Shown here piece after piece: positions 1-9,632 of a stretch of DNA of 64,000 nt (positions are counted from its first letter, which is position 1; the number at the start of each line of letters is the position of its first letter). The notes under the pieces were generated by a model that was given only the letters and a program-made list of their open reading frames with translations, was not told the origin of the DNA and made no database searches. The translations under genes were made by a program, and so were the position numbers. Source of the DNA: an uncultured Desulfurococcaceae archaeon (lineage in GTDB: Archaea > Thermoproteota > Thermoprotei_A > Sulfolobales > NBVN01); assembly GCA_964641155.1 (NCBI GenBank), contig CAZXJO010000001.1, positions 149,144 to 213,143 of the forward strand, given 5' to 3'.

Positions 1-171
1 ACGCTGACGCGTTGGCTACTACGTAAATGCGCTCAGTGCAGAGTCTACACACTTCAAGAAGTATGCCCTAAATGCGGTGGGAGTACCTCAGTAGCACATC
101 CACCTAGATTCTCACCGATGGATAAGTACGTGAGACATAGGTTTACGCTCAGAACAGCTAATGAGCCCTAA
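1..171 (+). CDS. nop10: H/ACA RNP protein Nop10 (5' end at or before the window edge)
   Basis: Frame +1 is open from nt 1 to TAA at 169-171: ..[43 protein letters not shown].. It has a CxxC..CxxC ribbon plus the AHPPRFSP motif typical of archaeal Nop10. It is absent from the ORF track because it is short and has no ATG. Confidence 0.75.
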   Translation, partial: TLTRWLLRKCAQCRVYTLQEVCPKCGGSTSVAHPPRFSPMDKYVRHRFTLRTANEP

Positions 172-172
172 A

Positions 173-742
173 TCACCAAGGTACGTCCTTAACCCTGAGT
201 AGATAAGCCACGAAGTTTGTTAGCGGGTGCAGTACTAAAGATATAGCCATAGCTATGAGTAGGGACAGCGGTTCCAGTGGAACGTTTAGTAACGAATCAG
301 CCTTAGATAGCTTGATGATGATGTAAGAGCCCATTAAGTAGTCCACCTGATCGAACGGCGGGAATGGTGCCCCTTCCCGCATCCCTAACCTGCGTTTGAC
401 GAAGGCATTAACTAAATCACCTAATAAAGCACCCAAACCCGTGAGGATTGCGTATAAGGACCATAGAGCATTGCTGGAAACGTAAACATACCCCAACCCC
501 ACCAATGAGCCGCCCAACAAGCCCAATGCGAATCCTTCCCAAGTCTTCCCATCACCTAAAACCCTCCTACCATCAATGAAGTTCGTGTTGAAGTCTATAG
601 GATGTCTAACCTTGAATAAAACCTTCGTGAGCACCGGTAACGCGTTGGTAGCCATAGCGGGTAGGAAGGCTATCAGAGCCCACACGATTTTCAGGGCAAC
701 ATCATTCGGATCCGCAATCCAACCACTCAATACCTCCATCAC
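173..742 (-). CDS. carS: CDP-archaeol synthase (CarS/DUF46 family) membrane protein
   Basis: 189-aa polytopic protein with GKTWEG and KRRLG..G.PFPPFDQVD motifs characteristic of the CarS family. Confidence 0.7.
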   Translation of the reverse strand: MMEVLSGWIADPNDVALKIVWALIAFLPAMATNALPVLTKVLFKVRHPIDFNTNFIDGRRVLGDGKTWEGFALGLLGGSLVGLGYVYVSSNALWSLYAILTGLGALLGDLVNAFVKRRLGMREGAPFPPFDQVDYLMGSYIIIKLSKADSLLNVPLEPLSLLIAMAISLVLHPLTNFVAYLLRVKDVPW

Positions 743-1301
743 CGATCACACACCTCATCTCTAAGCTAACTTCTTTAGGGAACTCAACAAATAAGCTCCT
801 TACACCGCTATCAAGCCTTTCGAGCTTAATCACGTTATCGCACCAGTACTTAATCACTTGAAAACCACTCATCCTAACTTCATCATCGAAACCGCTTACC
901 TGAGCTGTAAGCAGGCATGTGACGCCGTTATTGACGCTCATATCTGCAAGCAGGGCCATAGCTGTGTTAAAGACCCTCCCAGCGTTCGGGTCGTAACTAA
1001 CCTCAGCCCTATAAAAATTGTTCACGGTGTCTACAGCTATCGCCTTCAAGTCTTTCTTGTAGACCTCGTGTACCTTAAGCATTAATTGAAGCAGGCTATT
1101 ACTGTCATATACCTCAGCAAACAAAGCGTTCTCCGAGAAGTTATATCTACCTAAGATGGCTGAGTATGAGGAGCCCTCAGTGCTGGCATATATGACTCTC
1201 CGGCCCGTAGTTGAGGATATGAGGCTTAGGAGGGACAGAACAAGGTTCGTCTTACCCACCCCTGCCTTACCATATATCAGTGAGACCCTGCCGTCGAGCA
1301 A
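702..1301 (-). CDS. RecA-superfamily ATPase (RadA paralog / KaiC-like)
   Basis: Walker A GKAGVGKT, a Walker B-like AIAVDTV, and about 200 aa, as in small archaeal RadA paralogs. The start is uncertain: the frame stays open 31 codons upstream of the TTG. Confidence 0.55.
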   Translation of the reverse strand: MLDGRVSLIYGKAGVGKTNLVLSLLSLISSTTGRRVIYASTEGSSYSAILGRYNFSENALFAEVYDSNSLLQLMLKVHEVYKKDLKAIAVDTVNNFYRAEVSYDPNAGRVFNTAMALLADMSVNNGVTCLLTAQVSGFDDEVRMSGFQVIKYWCDNVIKLERLDSGVRSLFVEFPKEVSLEMRCVIGDGGIEWLDCGSE

Positions 1302-1470
1302 TTTAACGAGTTCCCAGACCCTAATGATATCACCTTGAAACCAGGTTTTGGTATATTGACTCTCAATAAACTTTATTATCAGATGCCTTAATAATTATCA
1401 CGGTGGTCGCATAGCTAAGCGTAAGAGGGGTGCACCGGTAGCAGCATTCATATATAATCCCAGAGTACTT

Positions 1471-2064
1471 ATGCGATTGTTAGACACTGTTAAGGACTTC
1501 GATATAGAGCTTTTCGTACCAAATGATGTTAAATCGCTTGCGAACTACCGCGACCTACTACTAGTGGATGATGAGGGCTTAGAGATACTGAAGAGATGCA
1601 TGGACGTGGGTCGGGTCAACTACTACTTAATAAGCGATGATGCTTCGATATATAGATTCATAGTTAGAGCCTTCGGAATTGAAGACGTTAAGGTGCTTCA
1701 GGTGGGGGTGGACGCGGGCAGGAGGTTGGCGTACGTTATACTCTCCGATAACCTACTCCTTAAAGCAGGTTACATCGCAAGGCTTGAAGATTTGATAGAG
1801 ATCATAAATAGGTTTAGGAAGTTCCTAACTCCCGCCAAGGTTGTTGTAAAGTTGGGTAGCTCCACCGGTAATGATGATAACAAACTCGACACTCTCATGA
1901 AGGGACTAGTTCGATCAGGGTTTGAAGTCATAGTAGCAGATGAAAGGAACTCATCCTCTAGACTCTGGAACCCATTAAGCGGCTATAAAACCAAGTTCAC
2001 AACCGACATGTATGCTGCATTGAACATAGTGTTCAGGGAGGGAGTTAAGGTTAGCATGACCTAA
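1471..2064 (+). CDS. hypothetical protein
   Basis: 197-aa ORF preceded by a CATATATAAT TATA-like box. I recognise no motif. Confidence 0.4.
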   Translation: MRLLDTVKDFDIELFVPNDVKSLANYRDLLLVDDEGLEILKRCMDVGRVNYYLISDDASIYRFIVRAFGIEDVKVLQVGVDAGRRLAYVILSDNLLLKAGYIARLEDLIEIINRFRKFLTPAKVVVKLGSSTGNDDNKLDTLMKGLVRSGFEVIVADERNSSSRLWNPLSGYKTKFTTDMYAALNIVFREGVKVSMT

Positions 2065-2900
2065 ATACTACGTCGATAGAGCGTTGAGTATATGTCAAGT
2101 AGTGTCTCAACTTCCAGTTGGTAAACCCTCCTACTCCCAACTAAGCTGTCCAATATGGCGAGGTGCTCAGCGCTCACACCCCCATCAATACAGCCCCTCA
2201 AAACTTTCCTAGCCATCTTTCTCCTTTGATTGAACAAACACCTCACTAAGTCCTCATACCCCCTCCAACAATCACTCCAATTCCTATACCTATTTAAAAC
2301 GACTACCATAGAATCTACCTTGGGCTTTGGTACGAATGAGGTTGGAGGGTAGAGACCCCCTAATTCCACCTTCATGAACGTGTTAACCATAACTGTTAGC
2401 CTACTATAACCTCTATCACCTGGTGACGCTGCAAGCCGCTCAGCAACCTCCTTCTGAAGCGTTAACACTGCAGCTCTGCAATTAGACTTGATCACGGAGT
2501 CTATCAACGGACCGGTTATACCGTATGGAACGTTAGAAACTACGGTGTCTACACTTCTTAAACCAGACCGAAGTAGTAGAACCCCGTCCCCCACCACTAA
2601 ATCAACAGCGTTACCAACCTCTTCGTAGATGAAGTCCTTAGCGACAGTGGCTAATCTACCATCCAACTCTACAGTTGCCACGTACTTGACTATATCGCCT
2701 AGGCTTGCAGTAAGCAAGCCTAAGCCTGTACCAATCTCTATTACGTTGACTGGTTTCAACCTAGCGACATGCCCCAAAACCTCATCCAACAACTTATCGT
2801 CGACTATAAAATGCTGACTTAACTTCTTCCTAGCCTTAATACCATATGACTTTAGTAAGCGCTTCGTAACCTTTCCTAGGTCTTGATAACGCTTTCCCAT
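2061..2900 (-). CDS. rsmA: 16S rRNA (adenine-N6,N6)-dimethyltransferase KsgA/Dim1
   Basis: KKLSQHFIVD N-terminal motif, SAM-binding VIEIGTGLGLLT and NVPYGIT motif. I place the start at the internal ATG at 2900 (MGKRYQ..), because the 33-aa upstream extension of the ORF lies inside repeat copy A. Confidence 0.85.
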   Translation of the reverse strand: MGKRYQDLGKVTKRLLKSYGIKARKKLSQHFIVDDKLLDEVLGHVARLKPVNVIEIGTGLGLLTASLGDIVKYVATVELDGRLATVAKDFIYEEVGNAVDLVVGDGVLLLRSGLRSVDTVVSNVPYGITGPLIDSVIKSNCRAAVLTLQKEVAERLAASPGDRGYSRLTVMVNTFMKVELGGLYPPTSFVPKPKVDSMVVVLNRYRNWSDCWRGYEDLVRCLFNQRRKMARKVLRGCIDGGVSAEHLAILDSLVGSRRVYQLEVETLLDIYSTLYRRSI

Positions 2901-2912
2901 GACGGATAACCT

Positions 2913-3200
2913 TTCTGGTTTTGCGTTAACTTTCACCTCTCCCATCCCCCATTTCATGGGAGGACCTCCACCGTGAAGGGGTGAAGCCCCCACATCCATC
3001 GAGTACTTTCGTGGAAGGTTTTCACCGCTGTCACATCCCCACTCCTCCTAAGCCATATTTCGAACATCCCATATGCTCATACCTCTTCGGGCTTACCCCA
3101 CCAAGCATGCCGGCATAGGTGTGAGGTACCTTCAAAATCAATCATCGGCTATGGTAGTAAATAAACTTTACATTACACGGAAACAACTTACTAACTCCCG
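2913..3200 (-). repeat. Copy A of a 4-member intergenic structured element (putative ncRNA or structured leader)
   Basis: Shares conserved end blocks with 13970-14180, 50181-50370 and 57683-57850. On the minus strand it reads GTAAAGTTTATTTAC (BRE/TATA-like, about 3157-3171) .. GAAGGTACCTCAC .. CACGGTGGAGGTCCTCCCATGAAATGGGGG .. GTGAAAGTTAACGCAAAACCAGAA. Confidence 0.6.
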
Positions 3201-3309
3201 GGTCAGGGAATGAAGGTCTCAGCTCCTTAACCCGTTGACCGCCTCTTATCTATGGTTAGGGTGTCACCAAGTTTATTAGTTTAATAAGGTTTTATATCCT
3301 TGATAAAGG

Positions 3310-3969
3310 TTGAGCGTTGAAGACAGAGTCCTGAATTACTTAAGGGCTAATCCTGGGGCTACACCTAGGGAGGTCGCCGATGCGTTAGGTATGAGCCTGG
3401 CATCAGTTAGGGTAGCGATCGGCAGGCTCAGGGAGTTAGGGCAGGTTATCAGGAGTAGTAGAGGTGGTTACGTAGTCAGAGTAGCTGAAAGCCCTGTGGC
3501 TACCTATGATTACGCACATGCTACCACCACCAGCACCATCGGCGACAACCTGCTGAAGACCGTCAACGAGTTGGTCAGTAAGGTCAGTGAGTTAGAAAGT
3601 AGGATTAGTAAGTTGGAAGATGAAGTGAAAGTTATTAAGAAGTCACTGCCTAAAATACCTTCAAGGCCGCCCAGCAAAGACCTAGATAAGTTTCTGTCAA
3701 CCCTTAGGTTGAGGCATGTTATGAGTGTTGATGAGGCTAAAGGGCTGGTCGATAGACCGTTGGAGGACTACGTAAACGGGGGGAAAGCAGTCATAGTGGG
3801 AGATCTTGTAGTTTCTCCTGAGTTCCTTGACTCGTTTAAGTCTAAGTTCCCCATCAAGGTGTCAAGTATTAGCACTCTAAGCAGTGAGGAGGCAAAGCTT
3901 CTGGAGGCATTGGTTAAGACCAATCAAGCCTACCTTTTCTCAGGCGTTGAGTACAGGATCCTGCGTTAA
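3310..3969 (+). CDS. winged-helix DNA-binding protein with coiled-coil linker
   Basis: The N-terminus LNYLRANPGATPREVADALGMSLASVRVAIGRLRELGQV is wHTH-like, followed by a heptad segment LVSKVSELESRISKLEDEVKVIKK. TTG start; a TATA-like GTTTTATATCC lies upstream. Confidence 0.5.
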   Translation: MSVEDRVLNYLRANPGATPREVADALGMSLASVRVAIGRLRELGQVIRSSRGGYVVRVAESPVATYDYAHATTTSTIGDNLLKTVNELVSKVSELESRISKLEDEVKVIKKSLPKIPSRPPSKDLDKFLSTLRLRHVMSVDEAKGLVDRPLEDYVNGGKAVIVGDLVVSPEFLDSFKSKFPIKVSSISTLSSEEAKLLEALVKTNQAYLFSGVEYRILR

Positions 3970-4748
3970 ATCCTCCCCGCAAGTAGGTCCTGAATTAACT
4001 TGATAAGTCTCATTGTGAGAATTTTGACCAACTTAACACCTTTTTCATAACTAGCCTTTTCCGGGCTCCCATAACCACCTGGGAACCTCCTAAACCCCTC
4101 AAACCTGTACACGTAAACCTTAGGTCTCTTGGTGAGGTCTAAACTATGCCAAAATTCGTCATACCTCCTCTCGATCTCAGAACCCGTTACCTCCCCGTGA
4201 ACTACCCTGATACCTAAGGCTATCGCAACGCTGGTCTCAACTTCATCGGCGTGGAAGAACTTGCTCTCGAACACCTCGTTAATTGCGTCGCCTACGAGCT
4301 CCCACCAAGACGCGACCGCAACGAGCGAATTACCGCGTACTTCGTCGGCAGCTTTCCTGGCGACCAGCTTTAGGGCCTCTGAGTTGCCCCCATGACCATT
4401 AAGTATTAAGACCTTACTAATACCGCATCTCATTATGGACCTGATCACGTCGTAAACGTATTTCATGAAGGCCTCATCGCTTACCTCTACAGTTCCCGGA
4501 TTACCTGCCCACATGCTGCTTAATCCATACGGTATCGGAGGCAGTTTAATAACCTTAACCCCTGAGCTACCAGCTACTTCGACCAACTTCCTAGCCAACT
4601 CATCGACTATTAAGTAATCTAGCCCCAATGGCAGGTGAGTGCCATGTTGTTCAACACTACCGACTGGTAACACAGCTACGGTAGAATCGTCGACAAAATC
4701 CTCAAATTCTTTCCAAGTCATCAAATCCCAGAAGGACATCAATACCAC
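3966..4748 (-). CDS. creatininase-family amidohydrolase
   Basis: [24 protein letters not shown] and ILNGHGGN motifs of the creatininase/ArfB-like family. Confidence 0.75.
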   Translation of the reverse strand: MVLMSFWDLMTWKEFEDFVDDSTVAVLPVGSVEQHGTHLPLGLDYLIVDELARKLVEVAGSSGVKVIKLPPIPYGLSSMWAGNPGTVEVSDEAFMKYVYDVIRSIMRCGISKVLILNGHGGNSEALKLVARKAADEVRGNSLVAVASWWELVGDAINEVFESKFFHADEVETSVAIALGIRVVHGEVTGSEIERRYDEFWHSLDLTKRPKVYVYRFEGFRRFPGGYGSPEKASYEKGVKLVKILTMRLIKLIQDLLAGRI

Positions 4749-6046
4749 AAACTTACCTTACTTATGGATTTAATTAGAGTTGGACTAACCTTAAACGTGT
4801 ATTTAACCTCAGTAAACCTCTTCCTAAACTCCACGACTTCCCTTTTCACTTCCTCCGGGTCTCTACGCTCAATAAGCAGGCGCCGCATAAGCCTAGCGAT
4901 TTCCTTGAAGTCACTTTCCACAGCACCGTACCTCGTCATCTCCTGAGTTCCTAACCTTATGCCGCTCGGGTTCTTAACAGCTTCGGGAGGGTCCCACGGG
5001 AGCAAGTTCTTGTTAACTATTATGTTGGCTGATTCAAGTTCTTGAGCCGCTTTAGCTCCCCCACCCAGTTCCGCAACATCTACTACCAGCATATGCGATT
5101 TGGTAAAGCCTAAGGACTCCGCAAGTACTTTGAAGCCTTCAGCACATAACGCTTCAGCGAAGGCTCTAGCGTTCCTAACCACCTGCTCGGCATATGACTC
5201 ACCGAAGTATTTCATCTCAATGGCTGTCACCGCTGTTGCAGGCAACCTGTGCAGGTGGTGGTTGCTTACAAACCACGGGAAGATGACCCTAGATATCGCT
5301 CTATATAAATCATCATTATTAGTGAATATCAAACCCCCCTGAGGTCCGGGGAATGTTTTATGAGTAGATGATGTCGACACATCAGCCCCTTCATGGATCG
5401 GGTTGGGCCACTTCCCGCCAACTATTAGCCCTAGTACGTGAGCTACGTCATGAACTACGTAAGCACCCACCTCATGCGCCGCATCCGCTATCTCCTTGGT
5501 TGGATGTGGGAACAAGTACACGCTAGCACCTAACGTTACGAATTTGGGCTTTAACTCCGCAACCATTTTAACGGCTTTATCAACGTCTATATTCCACGAA
5601 TCCCTGTCAAAAGGCATCTCAACATGTTCTATGCCTAAAGCACCGAGGGTACCGAACTTAGTGTGGGATACGTGGGCACCGGCCTGGACTGGGGCTACTA
5701 AAGCCCTGTCCCCAGGTCCTCCTAAAACCCTAAATACGGCGGCATTAGCTACCGTGCCGCTTACGGCTCTGGGTTCCACGTAATTGACTCTTAGCAACTC
5801 GCTGAATAATCTGGAAACCATTTCCTCAACGATGTCCGCATATTTAGTTCCCTGGTAGTACCTCTTACCCGGCCTCCCCTCAGCATACCTATGCATCATA
5901 TCGCTTAAGTAGGCGGACTCAGCTAACGGGGACATGACGTTCTCAGAAGCAATCAGGTTAATGCACTCAAAACCCCTCCACCTATTATGAGTTTTGACCA
6001 CATCCAGCAACCTTACTAATTCGCCGGGTAGGTCGACCTCCATCAC
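4739..6046 (-). CDS. glyA: serine hydroxymethyltransferase
   Basis: [24 protein letters not shown] and the PLP-lysine motif [13 protein letters not shown]. Confidence 0.92.
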   Translation of the reverse strand: MMEVDLPGELVRLLDVVKTHNRWRGFECINLIASENVMSPLAESAYLSDMMHRYAEGRPGKRYYQGTKYADIVEEMVSRLFSELLRVNYVEPRAVSGTVANAAVFRVLGGPGDRALVAPVQAGAHVSHTKFGTLGALGIEHVEMPFDRDSWNIDVDKAVKMVAELKPKFVTLGASVYLFPHPTKEIADAAHEVGAYVVHDVAHVLGLIVGGKWPNPIHEGADVSTSSTHKTFPGPQGGLIFTNNDDLYRAISRVIFPWFVSNHHLHRLPATAVTAIEMKYFGESYAEQVVRNARAFAEALCAEGFKVLAESLGFTKSHMLVVDVAELGGGAKAAQELESANIIVNKNLLPWDPPEAVKNPSGIRLGTQEMTRYGAVESDFKEIARLMRRLLIERRDPEEVKREVVEFRKRFTEVKYTFKVSPTLIKSISKVSLWY

Positions 6047-6117
6047 TCAAACCCCTTAAACGTAAGCTCCGAAACATATATATTTATTCAACCCTAACCT
6101 ACGCACCACGGCTCAAA

Positions 6118-7869
6118 TCAGACAAACCCCACCACATACATCGTAACCAACAACATGACAACAGTCAGTAAAGTGGTCATTAGGGAATGCGTAAATCCGG
6201 CAGCTAACACCATGCGTGATGTCTTACCGGCTATCAATCCCGAGATATACGAATTAATTATAGCCCCCGTGGAAAGCATTACGAGCAGATTACTCAGCAT
6301 GTCGGGCTGCGGTGCTTGACTTGCGGATGACATCAACTGCCATATGATTACTAAGGGGGCCGAGGCAACCAGTAAGGCACCGAAGTACGGTAACATCACG
6401 TAAGCTCTTAAACTACGCCTCAGTTCCTCCTCAGAGTCGGAGAGTGCTCGAACGAAATTTGCCAAAGAATCCATGACCTCAGGGCTTCCGCCTCCGTACG
6501 TTATTGAATCCATTAAGAACCTGAAAGTGATGGCGAGGAACCAATCCCTAACCCTACCAATACTTCTAGCTAGAGCTTTCTCTAACGTAATACCCATAGC
6601 TAATCCTGCAGCTGTCCTCCTAACTATAGATGTTAAATTCCCGTAATTCCTCTCGGACACCGCTATGATGCATTTCTCTGGGCTTAGCCCGGTTTTCCTA
6701 GCCTCACTTAAGTCCCTTAGAAATTCAGCTAAGGATCTGATCATACCTTTAGTGCCTCTCATCTCTAACGTATACGCTAACGATGGAGGGATTGAAAGCG
6801 TGAGGAGTCCCACAGCTAATGAGGTCGATATGACGAGCGGGTCCCTAGGTTTGAGAATCCCCTCGAATATGTGTAGGGAACCACCTATCACTATCACAGA
6901 CATAGCGGCAAGCACAGCGAACGGCATTGACATTAGTAACATGTAGTAAGGAACTCTAACGGGTAGGGTGGTCTTCGGACTTGAAACGTGCACCAATATC
7001 AACATCAAAATACCTAACAATGGCAGTACCACACAGTTATACAGTAGAGGCATCGTTAAGTCCATTAAACTACTGAGTCTAGGACCCCCAACAATCGCTA
7101 CCGCACCACTAACAGCGAATAAAGTGAACATCGTCAGCGACGCGACAACACCGATTATGATGTACACTTCAAGGAGCCCCGCTAACCTCCCTACCATGGC
7201 TCTTATCTCCGCGGACCTATTAACGAGAGCTTCCCTAGCCTTGGTTTCGAGGTAGTGGACTACGTCACTACCTGTCCGTAACGCGGTGACGTAACCAAAC
7301 ATTATGTCCCTGAACTTACTGCTTGGATGAATGTAAGAGACTCTTTCAGCGGCAAGTAACGGGTCTTCACCAAAAACTTTTACGCGCTTTATGATTTCAC
7401 CAGCCTCCCTACTCATGTATTTAAATATCTTCATCTGGGAAACTCTCTCCAAACACCTCTCAACCGTAACACCTCCTCTAGCCATGGTCGCTATGTAGGT
7501 GATGAAGAAAGGTAGTTCGGAGTCGATGTATAGTTTCCTGAAAGATGCCATCAACGAGGGGTAAATCAGCCCGATAGCGAAGACCATTATACATGCAATG
7601 ATCGGGAGGACCAGGATGACGATCTTAGTCAATGGAGTGAGCGGTAGCATCATTACCAGTAAGCAGACGATAATAATGGAAATAAAACCAGTGAATGTGG
7701 TGAGGAGGAGTACTCTACTTGCGTAAATGTTTGGATGTATGTGGATGCCCGCTAACTTAATGCTCTTGTTCAAATCAAACGTCCTGACTAACGGTACCGA
7801 TAACTTCTCGAACAGCGTTAACGCTACGGCGTCAAGATATACCATAACAATCGACGTAGGTTTTACCAC
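6118..7869 (-). CDS. FlaJ/TadC-like polytopic membrane platform protein (type IV pilus/archaellum-type assembly)
   Basis: 583 aa with many TM helices separated by two cytoplasmic T2SS-F-like domains. Its start abuts the stop of the upstream secretion ATPase at 7869. Confidence 0.75.
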   Translation of the reverse strand: MVKPTSIVMVYLDAVALTLFEKLSVPLVRTFDLNKSIKLAGIHIHPNIYASRVLLLTTFTGFISIIIVCLLVMMLPLTPLTKIVILVLPIIACIMVFAIGLIYPSLMASFRKLYIDSELPFFITYIATMARGGVTVERCLERVSQMKIFKYMSREAGEIIKRVKVFGEDPLLAAERVSYIHPSSKFRDIMFGYVTALRTGSDVVHYLETKAREALVNRSAEIRAMVGRLAGLLEVYIIIGVVASLTMFTLFAVSGAVAIVGGPRLSSLMDLTMPLLYNCVVLPLLGILMLILVHVSSPKTTLPVRVPYYMLLMSMPFAVLAAMSVIVIGGSLHIFEGILKPRDPLVISTSLAVGLLTLSIPPSLAYTLEMRGTKGMIRSLAEFLRDLSEARKTGLSPEKCIIAVSERNYGNLTSIVRRTAAGLAMGITLEKALARSIGRVRDWFLAITFRFLMDSITYGGGSPEVMDSLANFVRALSDSEEELRRSLRAYVMLPYFGALLVASAPLVIIWQLMSSASQAPQPDMLSNLLVMLSTGAIINSYISGLIAGKTSRMVLAAGFTHSLMTTLLTVVMLLVTMYVVGFV

Positions 7870-9491
7870 TACTTACCAACCCCTAGACTCATCAACACCT
7901 CAGTCGGGTTAACGTAGTATCTGTAGATGTACTTGGCTAAGTCCTCATATGACCTTATATTGTTGACTGCTAAACGCTGGAGAATAGATTTCTTAACATC
8001 TAAGCTCTCCAACACTTCGGAGAATGTCCTATTGCTAAGCTCGGAGATCTTCCTCAACGCATAACTGTTGTCGAAGCGTGTTTCAAATGTGTCTTTAGCA
8101 GGGTTCCACCTACTTACTTCGATATACTTACCTTGTTCATCTATTTCCCACACATTGGTTATCCTCCTAACAGGTCTGGGCCTACCTTCCTCATCGATCT
8201 TAGTAACTCTCTTAATTACTAACACAGAATTTATTAAAGGTATGTACGCCTGAGGAATGTTCATAGGGGGTGAGGTCAGCCTTTTAACAGCTGCATCTAC
8301 GCTCTCAGCATGTAACGTGGTAATTCCTGAGTGCCCGGTCGCCACTGCCTGGAAGAGGACGTAGGCCTCCTCACCCCTGACCTCACCCACTATCAATACG
8401 TCAGGCCTATATCTCATAGCCAGCTTAACCAACTCAAATAAGCCGATCTCCCTTATCTCCCCGCCAGCGAGATAGGTGGACCTCGAAACTAGTTGAACCC
8501 AGTTCTCTTGAGGTAACCTTATCTCAGGCGTATCCTCCACAGTAACTATCTTGTAGGTAGGTCTGAGCAGGGTGGCTAAGGCGTTTAAAGTAGTGGTCTT
8601 ACCAGCACCTGTTGTCCCCACGACCAACGTGGTCATCTTGTAATCCATTAGTGTCCAGAAGTACGCCGCTAGTTCTGGGGATACCGTGCCGAAGTTTATC
8701 ATATCTATTATTGTTATTGGGTCTTCCCTGAACTTCCTTATAGTGAAAGAGGGCCCCTTAACCGATACCTCGCTTTGGAAGGTTGCTGCTACTCTGTGAC
8801 CTCCCGGCAGCATAGCGTCAAGCACCGGGTAGGCAAGGGATATGTGCTTGCCGGCCATATGTGCTAACTTAATTATGTAGCTGTTTAAGTCGGTGTCAGT
8901 AAGAAATTGTAGGTTGGTGGGTATGTACTCGTATTTCCTGTGCCATACGTAGATAGGCTTCCCATGTCCATTGCATGAGATGTCTTCGATGTTAGGATCC
9001 TTAAACAAAGGATCTAAGAACCCATATCCAAGAATCTCCCGTTCGACGTAATACATCATCTTAGCCCAAGACAGCTTAGGTGTCTTACCTAACTTTATCT
9101 GAAACATGGTGACAGCCCTCCTAGCATGTTTCTGGAAGTACTCACGGATATCTACACCGCTTCCGGGGGGTTCCAACTCCCATGTAAGGAAGTCGATGAT
9201 GTCCTTCAACGCCTTAGCTTCGTGCTCGCTCAACGGTACCTCATCAACGTTGTATATGATGTCCCCGCTACGTAGGTCTTCGACAATTATCGCCTCAACC
9301 CAAGGATCGACCAACGGATACCTATCTAAGACCTTAACGTCCCCTCTCAGGTACGTCTTAGTCCTAACAATCTTAGCGGACATAACATCCGACTCATGAA
9401 TGACCTCCTCAACACTAGTTTCAGCTTCAGCCTCTTTTTTCCTACCCTTAAAAAAGTTCTTAATAAAACTAATCATGCTCCTGCATACCAA
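7869..9491 (-). CDS. FlaI/TadA/VirB11-type secretion ATPase
   Basis: Walker A GTTGAGKTTTLNAL, Asp box TVEDTPEI, Walker B and His box RPDVLIVGEVRGEEA..ATGHSGITTLHA. Confidence 0.88.
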   Translation of the reverse strand: MVCRSMISFIKNFFKGRKKEAEAETSVEEVIHESDVMSAKIVRTKTYLRGDVKVLDRYPLVDPWVEAIIVEDLRSGDIIYNVDEVPLSEHEAKALKDIIDFLTWELEPPGSGVDIREYFQKHARRAVTMFQIKLGKTPKLSWAKMMYYVEREILGYGFLDPLFKDPNIEDISCNGHGKPIYVWHRKYEYIPTNLQFLTDTDLNSYIIKLAHMAGKHISLAYPVLDAMLPGGHRVAATFQSEVSVKGPSFTIRKFREDPITIIDMINFGTVSPELAAYFWTLMDYKMTTLVVGTTGAGKTTTLNALATLLRPTYKIVTVEDTPEIRLPQENWVQLVSRSTYLAGGEIREIGLFELVKLAMRYRPDVLIVGEVRGEEAYVLFQAVATGHSGITTLHAESVDAAVKRLTSPPMNIPQAYIPLINSVLVIKRVTKIDEEGRPRPVRRITNVWEIDEQGKYIEVSRWNPAKDTFETRFDNSYALRKISELSNRTFSEVLESLDVKKSILQRLAVNNIRSYEDLAKYIYRYYVNPTEVLMSLGVGK

Positions 9492-9632
9492 AGATCAATA
9501 AGCGTAGCAACATTAATTAACGTTGCCTCAATGGCTTAGAAGAACGTCGAAGTGATCGCCTACTTAACGACTAATTTTACTGACTAACCTCTAAGCCGGT
9601 AAGTTTATTATTATGTACTCGTAAAATACCCG

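Noticed and set aside
2901-2999. 33-codon N-terminal extension of the ksgA ORF (MDVGASPLHGGGPPMKWGMGEVKVNAKPERLSV)
   Set aside because: It lies entirely within repeat copy A. The same nucleotide block in copy B has an in-frame stop, and copies A and B differ by frame-shifting indels. KsgA homologs need only the ~25 residues before KKLSQHF that the ATG at 2900 provides.
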